NCBI GenBank assembly: GCA_951406725.2
Contig: OX597816.1
Span: 68,758,001-68,822,000, forward strand
From: Octopus vulgaris
Lineage: Eukaryota
Direction: 5' to 3'
Length of the DNA: 64,000 nt
A model generated the notes under the pieces. The model was not told the origin of the DNA and ran no database searches. It saw only the letters and a program-made list of their open reading frames with translations. The translations under genes and the position numbers were made by a program. This document shows positions 54,922 to 64,000 of the stretch, in pieces (positions within the stretch are counted from its first letter, which is position 1; every line of letters begins with the position of its first letter).

Positions 54922-55765
54922 ATGCAAGTGTATATATATATATATATATATATACACAAACATTCATATATATATATATACATACACACTCATATATATC
55001 ATACATTGTAAAATTATATGCATTAATGCACACTAGCACATGGTTACATAAATATATTAACGTTCACTTACATCGAGACATACACACGTCAATATATACA
55101 GGCATACATGTACACATATGCATATATCTATTATCTTGCTGTCCCGATAATGAAACTCATAAATCTAAAACCGACGCCAACTCCAGAATTAATTTAGAAA
55201 ACCAGATTTGACAAAATGATTTCGCCAGGGGGATATATCTTGCTAGATTTAACTGACAAAACTCTGAATAGTTTATCACTATTACCTATAGTCACAACAT
55301 CACTTTTAAATTTAATGTTGCAGCATTTTAACAAATTGTGTCTCGTTGCTTTTTTTTATTATTTAGTTGCTATTTACTTTTGTATTTTATTGTTTTATAT
55401 TTGTGACGTGGCATTTTAAAAGCAAATAACTTATTCATCGAAAGAATTTCTGTGTTTGAATTTATTGTCGTTTTTGTTTTGTTTTACATTTATTCAGTCT
55501 TTAAATTCATTCTTTTTTTTTTTTCTCTCAGCAAATAAATGGATAAGATTGCAGAATATTTCCTATTACATGTAATTGTTGTCGTTGGTGCTGTTTTTAA
55601 ATCTAAACGGTTTTTGTGAAATGTCAATATTAAATTCCTTTCGAAAACGCCAGCCTGTGAATACTGTATGTAAATGATGTGAATTAATAGAAGGAATACT
55701 AATAGGAACCTTGAATTATACACTGACACGCAAATATACATCGAAATACGTACATACATCTATAC

Positions 55766-55806
<41 letters not shown>

Positions 55807-55829
55807 CATATACATATATCCATACGTAT

Positions 55830-55861
<32 letters not shown>

Positions 55862-55867
55862 CCATAC

Positions 55868-55925
<58 letters not shown>

Positions 55926-56464
55926 GTATATATACATATACATATATCCATACGTATATATATATAGATATGTATATATATATACATATATCCATACGTA
56001 TATATATGTTCATAGTATATATTTGCATATAAGCACACACACAAACACACATATATGCTTGTATTTGGATATGTATACGCTTATACATATATATTTACAT
56101 GTATATATGTAAAAATATATGTCTATGTATCTATCACTTTCTCTCTCTCTCTCCCTCTCTCTCTCTCTCTCACTATATATATATATATACATATATATAT
56201 TATTTAAAGAAAAATGATGTAAAGAAATATTATATTACTGAAACTCTATTCTCTTATGTCGGACAGTTGACAACATCTATAACGACAACTGGAAATTCAT
56301 AAGTGTAAAGTACTGATATCGAAGAAGAACTATCAATAAGCCCTGATACTAACACAAATTAACAAATTCCAGGAAAATTAATCGATATAGAGCTAGAATG
56401 GAGCACGCTTGGATGAAATAGATCACTGAGAAATATAAGCCTCTTTCTATTCGAAAGATATGTA

Positions 56465-57365
56465 TCAGGTCATCCCATATGTTCTGTCCGATTTTACCTT
56501 TTTTGAAAGTGAATGAAATTTAATAAAATTTTTGAATGTCTAATGGAATTTTTTTTGTGCACATTTAAACTAATTAAATATTATTTTACAGAATAATAGA
56601 ACTAAAATTCATTTGATTTTAGGTACATAATGCTTTATGAGTACAAAAATTGAAACTCTGCAGCCGAAGCGACTCGAAACATACACTCAGTTTATAGGAA
56701 GGAATGCTTGAATGGAAGAATTTGCAGAAGATGGTTTGCAAAATTCAGAAGTGGAGATTTCAGCCTTGAAGATGAAGATCGAACAGGACGCCCAGTCGAG
56801 TTTGATGATAAGCTTCTTGAGGCATTACTTGAAGAAAATCCTGCATTATGAGTGGAAGAATTGACAATAAAGCTTAGTTCAAACCAAACAACTGTTCATC
56901 GTGATCTTCAACAACTTGGAGAGTTTCCTAAACTTGGAAAATAGGTGCCTCATGAATTGTCCGAAAGCAACCCCAAATCCAGAGTTGACATCTGCTCTTC
57001 TCTCCATTCTCGCGAACTCATTTCACCCTTTTTGGATAGACTTGTGACTGGTGAGGAAAAATGGATCTTCTATCGAAATGTTAAACGTCGTAAAGAGTGG
57101 CTTGGTAAAAGGGAGAAAGCTCAACCACAACGAAGAAGGGAACTTCATGGACAAAAAGTTCTTTCTATCTGGTGGGATTGCAAAGGAGTAATTTACTTGG
57201 AATTGTTACCACCTAATGCAACAACCAATGCTCAAGTCTACTGACAGTAATTAAAGCGTTTTAACCAAGCTTTGAAGAAAAAAAGACCCGCTTTATTGAA
57301 TCGAAGAGGAGTGATGTTCCTCAGGACAATGCGCAAAACCACACTGCAAAGATCACATCATAAAA
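56465..57365 (+). mobile_element. Mariner element, left TIR plus decayed transposase, 3'-truncated by a PLE
   Basis: TA|tcaggtcatcccatatgttctgtccg; RRWFAKFRSGDFSLEDEDRTGRP, GK*VPHEL, RLVTGEEKW, SIWWDCKGVIY, QDNA..HTAK. Confidence 0.92.
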
Positions 57366-58740
57366 GTGTTTACAAATTTAGTTAAAAACTTTAGCAAAAG
57401 AAATTCTAGCCTCTTCCCCGATAGGGGCATTTTTAATAGCGTTGCCCCAGTATATAATAAAGCTCTAAAAGATAGTGGATTTAGCGAGGAAATAACCTCT
57501 ACACTTGTCACCAGTCCAATAACAAAGAAAAGGGAACATATGAATAGGATAACTATCTGGTTCACACAGCCCTACTCCCCCGAAGTGACCTTTAATATAG
57601 GCAATTATTTCTTAGCACTGATAGATAGACACATTTTCCAGTCAATCATAGTTACAGAAAGCTCTTCAGTAGACCTAACTTAAAAATCAGTTTCAGCTCA
57701 ACTACTAATTTTAAAAATATAATCTTACACAACACACAAAACCACGAAGTGAAACCAGCTGCTCATGAAGGTATAAAAATGTGTGCCCGCTAAATGGAGC
57801 TCGCATGTCCGAGACCATCATTTATGAAGCCACCGTAGATTCTAAAACCTCTAAGGACACAGGTTCGAGAAAGAAATATGTAGGTCTCATAACTTCAACA
57901 ATCACTCATTGAGCTTCAGGCACAGGAATAAAACGAAAACGACCAAATTATCCAGTCATATATGGTTCTTAAAAGATAAAGGTGTCAGTTACAACATAGA
58001 TTGGAAGATCTTAGCCAAGTGTAAGCCTTACACCAACGGTAGTGGAAAATGCAGTCTTTGTGATATGGAAAGATGGCTCATCTGGAAAAGCAGTTTCGAT
58101 CCTGCTACATGATTAAATTCAAGAACTGAACTTTTGGGATTATGTCCTAATGCGGCTACATGTTTGTTAAGTTTTTGGTGCCCCCAAGACAGAACTTGCT
58201 TTTTATATTGTGTTTATGTACAAGCTTTTTATCTCTCCATACGTTATATATATTTTAGACGTGTATTTGAATATAACTGTGCGCGTATGGTCATGTGCAC
58301 GTGTGTGGGGGCGTGCGTGCGTGTGTGCAGATACACATATGTATACATCGTGTGTGACAGTGTGCGTGCATGCGGGTATGTATATATGTACATCTATTTG
58401 TACACATGTATGGTTGCATATATATATATGGGTGAGTAAGCATATACATATAACCACATGTACGTGAGTGTGCGTGTGCGCATGTGTATGTATGTACAGC
58501 GCGCATACGCGTTTGCTATGGGCATTTTTAATCCTTTGCTTTTTACCTCCTCTCGTTTTTTTCCCCTTATTTAACGGTCATTCTAATGTCTCTTTTGTCT
58601 TAATAACGGTCAATTACATAGTAATTTCCCTTTGCTTAACGGTCATATTCATAGCATATTTTGATTGCATTGATAACTGAAGAGATGCCGGAGCAAGTTA
58701 CCACCCCGACATCTGAAACTCGGAGTTTTTTATGGCAATC
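57366..58740 (+). mobile_element. Penelope-like element (Naiad-type): thumb, linker, GIY-YIG endonuclease and 3' pLTR region
   Basis: IFNSVAPVYNKALKDSGF...ITIWFTQPYS...NIGNYFLALIDRH/FP...KLFSRPNLKISFS...CS*RYKNVCPLNG...IIYEATV...KYVGL/FNNHSLSFRH...TKLSSHIW.LKD...W.I...PY.NG...CSLC..E...*LNSRTEL..C. Several frameshifts. Confidence 0.88.
58663..58740 (+). ncRNA. Minimal type I hammerhead ribozyme (PLE-associated)
   Basis: CUGAAGA at 58677-58683; stem II gatgccgg/ccgacatc; GAAA at 58715-58718; short near-palindromic stem III c-tcgga-g; GUU at 58725-58727; stem I ataa/ttat extended by gattgc/gcaatc. Homologue at 63045-63105 (-). Confidence 0.65.
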
Positions 58741-58929
58741 GATATTACAGATATATATATATATATATATATACATGATTGTGGGGACAAACGAAAGAAA
58801 TATTCGCTTAAAACATTTAGTTGGGCTTACATGTTAGGTACCTATAACGAGCCTACATATGATTGAACGGCATTGTGGCAGAATCAAACTATTTTAGATA
58901 ACAGCAACAACATACACAGAAACCTATAT

Positions 58930-59450
58930 AGATACATACATGCATACATACATGCATACATACATACATGTATACATACATGCATACATACATGCATGCA
59001 TACATACATGCATACATGCATACATTCTTACATACATGCATACATACATACATGCATACATACGTACATACATACATGCATGCAAAGATACATGCATACA
59101 TAAATACATACATGCATACAAACATACATGCATACACACATGCATACATACATGGATGTATACATGCATACATGCATACATACATGCATGTATACATGCA
59201 TACATGCATACATACATGCATACATACATGCATAGATACATGCATACATACATGTATACATACATGCATGCATACATACATGCATACACACATACATGCA
59301 TGCAAATACATACATGCATACATACATGCATCCATCCATCCATTCATCCAGCCATACATACATACATACATATATACATACATACATACATACATACATA
59401 CATACATAGATACATACATGCATGCATGCATACATACATACATACATAGA
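58930..59450. repeat. (CATA/CATG)n compound satellite
   Basis: Direct reading. Confidence 0.95.
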
Positions 59451-59469
59451 AACGCACACACATATTAAG

Positions 59470-59805
59470 TGCTTCAGTCATTGGAATTTTGGTACTGCCT
59501 TCAAGGAAGATTTCGTCGAACGAATCTACCCCAGTACTTATTCTTTTGAGAACTGGTACTTTCTCTGTCGGTGTGTTTTGAATAATGCTAGGGTTAATGG
59601 CCGTAAGGAAACCAACTACTATTATCAAGTAAAAGACAAATATAAAAGACACTCGCAAATATACGGGTGCTTTTTTCAGTTTTCGCCAACCAAATCCACT
59701 TACATGTCCTTGCTGTTCGGAGGCTACAGTACAAAACACATACCCATAGTGCACGCATTATGTATGAACCCGGAAGCAAGCTTCTTACCACACAGCCACT
59801 CCTGC
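59470..59805 (-). mobile_element. Decayed SINE family B
   Basis: ttcagtcatt...ttttcagttttcgccaaccaaatccact...aagcttcttaccacacagccactcctgc. Confidence 0.75.
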
Positions 59806-60699
59806 AATTATATATAACCACATCTACACATACATATTTATTTGAATGTGTATACGTATATACGTATGTATGTACTAGTAAACCATCCTACAATGAGTCA
59901 CTCTATGTCAACGATCTAGCAATTTACGTCTTACTTAATCATCAGCCGCAAATAACACACAACATACTGAGTACAAATCACTACATACATAATATATACT
60001 AAGCAACAAGGCGTGCACTGCAGCGAATATATATATAAAGGTATGGGTGTTTTTGTGAGTAATTCATCCATAAATATCCTTTTTATATGCGGTTGTTGTC
60101 TTTCATGCGTTCATCAAAGAGGTTACTGAAGATTCCCGATATGTTTGTGTGGTGTGGGGGTTTGCTTCCGTTACTATAAATATTATTATTATTATTATTA
60201 TTATTATTAGTAGTAGTAGTAGTATTAGTATTATTATTGTAGCATACATGTTTGTGCATGGGTGACTGGTACTCTTTCATTGTTATAATCTGCGTGAGAT
60301 TCATTTTCTAGGTTAGACTATATGTAGGTCTTCAAGTTAATATATATTTGCACCTGGGTTTTTCCGTGTAACTGCCTGTATATACACCTATAGTACACAC
60401 ACTAACACACATACAAATAACACACAAATGCACACACACATCTGTTTGTTGTCTACACTACCTGTCTTCGTCTTTTGATTTTTTTTGTGAATTCTCCCTA
60501 TATATATATATTGATAGATAGATAAACAGATAGATAGACACTAATAGAAGTATATTAGGCGCTGTTGAGAGGTATGAAACATGTTTTCCAACTATATGGT
60601 TTTGGTTTCAGTCCGACTGCATATATCCTATTAGCACCTAAAGTGGATTTCCTAGACAGAAACTGAAATAAGCATGTCGTGTACACACATACACACACA

Positions 60700-61130
60700 T
60701 ACACATATATAGTGCACTGTTTGGTGAGAGTAAGAGCAACAAAGCAGTACTCCGTCTGGTGGGAGATAACTATTAAAGGAGACCAACACCATGAGGCCAC
60801 TCCCAGTTGTAACAGTCGAGAACCAGGTAGCTGTCCGCTCGATCAGTGATGTATGATTAAATATGTGATATATATGCCAGAAATTACAGCAACCCAAGAT
60901 GATAACACAACCGATAAGAATGTCTATGTGAGAATATGTGAAAGGCGACTTCAAATCACATATTTTCCTTCCGACACAGAAACAAAATCATAGCCACGTA
61001 CGGGGTTTGGAGTCTAACCCTACACAGATACGATAAAGTGGAAAATAGTTGCAAAATTTACACCATATGTTAACGGATCAAAAACATGTAAGTTACGCTG
61101 CTGAATTCTAGGTCCGAAATTTTCAGCGGT
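60700..61130 (+). mobile_element. Second, more decayed Naiad-type PLE GIY-YIG fragment
   Basis: PSCNSREPGSCPLDQ*CMIKYVIYMPEITAT...VYVRICE...HIFSFRHRNK...IKWKIVAKFTPYVNGSKTCKL. Confidence 0.75.
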
Positions 61131-61583
61131 TGCAAGTATATGGCAAAGTCCCTGTGGACAAACTGATGAGTACCGCCCTCTTCAGAATGAGCAGATGTAC
61201 CGCAGACTTGAGGCCATTATTTTTTCAGCGTAATATTTTACCGGAAATAACTTTAATTACTCACCATTTCCTTCTACTTTTCTTTTTCGTTTTCTAGTTT
61301 TTCAACCTTCCTTCTTTTATATCTACTGTCTTCTTGCTTCTTCTCGATTTTTCTCCCATCCTATCGTCATATTTAGCTTATCATGCCACGCCAACAGTGC
61401 CAGAAGACTGCACTAACACACCAGACGTGTTAAAAATTACTGCTTGGCATTTTCCCATCGCATGAAGCTAATGGTAACGCATAAAAATATATTGTGATTA
61501 TAAATATATGTATATATATATATATGTGTATATATATGTATATATATATATATATGTATATATATGTATATATATATGTGTAA

Positions 61584-61627
<44 letters not shown>

Positions 61628-61694
61628 AATCTCTTTTGTGTTTGAACGTACACTGTATACTTCTTTGAATAATATATATATAATATGGGAGAGG

Positions 61695-61910
61695 AATCGT
61701 TGTCCCCGTGTTTGTTCTCTGCACCCACCTAACAACCAGTGTTTGAGTGTTTATGTCCCCTGCAGCCTAGTGGTTCGGCAAAAGACCGATTGGATAAGTA
61801 CCAGACATTAAAAAGTCAGTACTGGTGTTGTTTCCTTTAATTAAAAGTCTTTACGGAGGTGCTCCAGCCTGATCGCAGTCTAGTGACTAAAACAGATTCA
61901 AGATAAAAGA
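61695..61910 (+). mobile_element. SINE family B, 3' half
   Basis: ggttcggcaaaagaccgat.ggataagtacc...ggaggtgctccagcctgatcgcagtctagtgactaaaaca. Confidence 0.75.
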
Positions 61911-62734
61911 TTTTTCAAATCACAAACTTCAATTTGCGTACATATCCGTTATTAAAATGTTATGTTAATTAAAACTGAATATAGTCAGTAATTACCTAAG
62001 TGACTTTTCATACTATTCAAATATTACAGCATACATATTTATGCACACAAATGTAGGAATTTTTAACAGTTATATCAATACAGTTAAGTTAATTTAGTTA
62101 GTTTTAGTTTTAACGGAAAATTACATATACTAAACAGATAGATTTTTTCTAGCTCATACAGATATTTCGAACACTTATTCATTACGTGGTCTTTACGATT
62201 TGTATTATATTAATAAGGATATCAATGAAAATTGGAGGGAAATGTTTAAAAATTTCGTTATGAATGTGAAAGAGGAGCAATCATCTCTATTCTAAGGTGA
62301 TTTCGATGACAAATATATGTGATAATTAAATAATTAATTTTATATCTGAAAAATATTCAATTATTAGATAATAATTGACATATATCGTGAGAAAAATGCT
62401 ACGCAATTTAGATGAGTACATGCATATATTGAAATATAGAGAATTTAATTGAATGAAGCCTTCATGTTATGTGAAAGGCTGAAGGAATTATTTTCTATGA
62501 TTATACGGGGGAAATATCACATCGAAAACAGAAAGAAATTAGAATTATAGGAAAGCCTGATGGATATAAATGATTGATATTTTGAAAAGCAAAGCAGGAA
62601 GAAAAGAACGAATAGCTTTTAATAATACATATCTGTATATGTATATTCATAAATATATGTCTGTAAATAGAGAAAGGTAGAAAGAGAGAGAGAAGGTAAG
62701 GGAATAAGAGAGACATATAAACATATGAACATAC

Positions 62735-62770
<36 letters not shown>

Positions 62771-62838
62771 ATAGTTATCGCCATACTAATATGGCATTCT
62801 TATAAAAATAAGAAATTAGAGAGACTTAGTTATTTTAA

Positions 62839-62885
<47 letters not shown>

Positions 62886-62952
62886 GAATTATTATATATA
62901 TGTATATGAATTATTGCCCTCTTATATTTATATATCTATAAGTATGTGTGTG

Positions 62953-63012
<60 letters not shown>

Positions 63013-63013
<1 letters not shown>

Positions 63014-63177
63014 AAAATAATATGTGACAATTATTCGGAGGCAAGATAAAACTCTGAGTTTCGGATGTCAAGGTGGAAATCCACACTATCATCTTTTCGG
63101 TTATCTGGATTTTTCACCTCGGCATCCGAAACTCAGATTTTTTCTTGGCTGCCGAATAATTGTCACATATTATTTTA
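63013..63177. repeat. Inverted pair of PLE-type terminal repeats containing a core-mutated hammerhead
   Basis: taaaataatatgtgacaattattcgg.ggcaaga.aaaactctgagtttcggatg pairs with catccgaaactcaga.ttttt.cttg.c.gccgaataattgtcacatattatttta; embedded in (TA)n. Confidence 0.8.
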
Positions 63178-63236
63178 CAGATAAATTCCTCTATTTTCAT
63201 AATATTGAGGTATCTTTCTTTATCTTACCGTTTTTA

Positions 63237-63295
<59 letters not shown>

Positions 63296-64000
63296 ATATA
63301 CATATACACGCACAGAGACAGACACAGACATGCGCACACACACATTTGTATATATATATACTTATATAAAGAATTAGATACATATTTACATATATAATAT
63401 ATATAATTTTTGTATGTATGTACGTATGTACGTATGTATATTTGCATTACGTGTGTATATGCATTTACGAGATTTACTGCCAATCTGGAAATCGAAGGAC
63501 CTTGGAATTTGTGAAGTTATGCTTATAGACTTTAGGAATGTGTATTTACTAGATTACTTAAATGTCTGGAAGTAAATATTAGAAAGGTCAGAATAAATGG
63601 AATCAAAATAGGTAAGTCGGAGATAATTTAAAGTATATATGTATAGGACAAACCCTACGGAATGATTTTTTTGAAAATGTTTTATACATGCTTATAGGCA
63701 TACATATTCTTTTATTTTTGTATTGTAATAAAATGGGAAGTAATTTTTTGAAAATTGATTACCTTCTGGGAAATTTGAAATTCTTCAAAATATATGTGCG
63801 CGCGTGTATTTGTGTGTGTGTGTGTGTTTATGTATGTATACAGGCATACACACACACACACACGTATATGTATATGCTTGTATATATGTTTTTTAATATA
63901 TTCATAAGTACATAAATGCGTACATACATTAACACATACATTCAAACACAGATACGCACACATATATACATATTTATGTACACATGCATGCAAATATATC

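Noticed and set aside
58572-58645. CRISPR-like repeat-spacer pattern
   Set aside because: Only 9-bp repeats in three copies, in a eukaryotic context with no cas genes
58200-58670. SECIS candidate downstream of the Naiad-type ORF (GTGAG...AA...TGAG at about 58432-58468)
   Set aside because: Stem too short and set in low-complexity sequence; not convincing by eye

Overview
AT-rich, microsatellite-saturated eukaryotic DNA. It is most likely an octopus (coleoid cephalopod) intron or intergenic region; this is inferred from the SINE families and the (TA)n/(ATCT)n/(AAT)n load. I can support no host protein-coding exon, and nearly all ORF-track entries are translated simple repeats. The window is a dense deposit of decayed transposons: R4/Dong-like LINEs in (AAT)n, Tx1/L1-like LINEs in (ATCT)n and next to (TA)n, CR1-group and RTE LINEs, three Penelope-like fragments, Tc1/mariner/IS630-type DNA transposons with a mariner MITE, a Helitron fragment, and more than 20 tRNA-derived SINE copies. 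The strongest leads are: (1) a Naiad-type Penelope element whose only two in-frame stops are TGA, one at a conserved Cys position (possible selenocysteine recoding), followed by a minimal hammerhead ribozyme; (2) a Tx1 family that appears to target (ATCT)n; (3) a probable ORF1-only Tx1 derivative with a fixed 3' end; (4) a SINE/LINE pair sharing a 3' hairpin with compensatory changes; (5) an RTE insertion with a perfect 34-bp foldback of target DNA at its 5' junction. All family assignments are by-eye motif recognition, not database searches.
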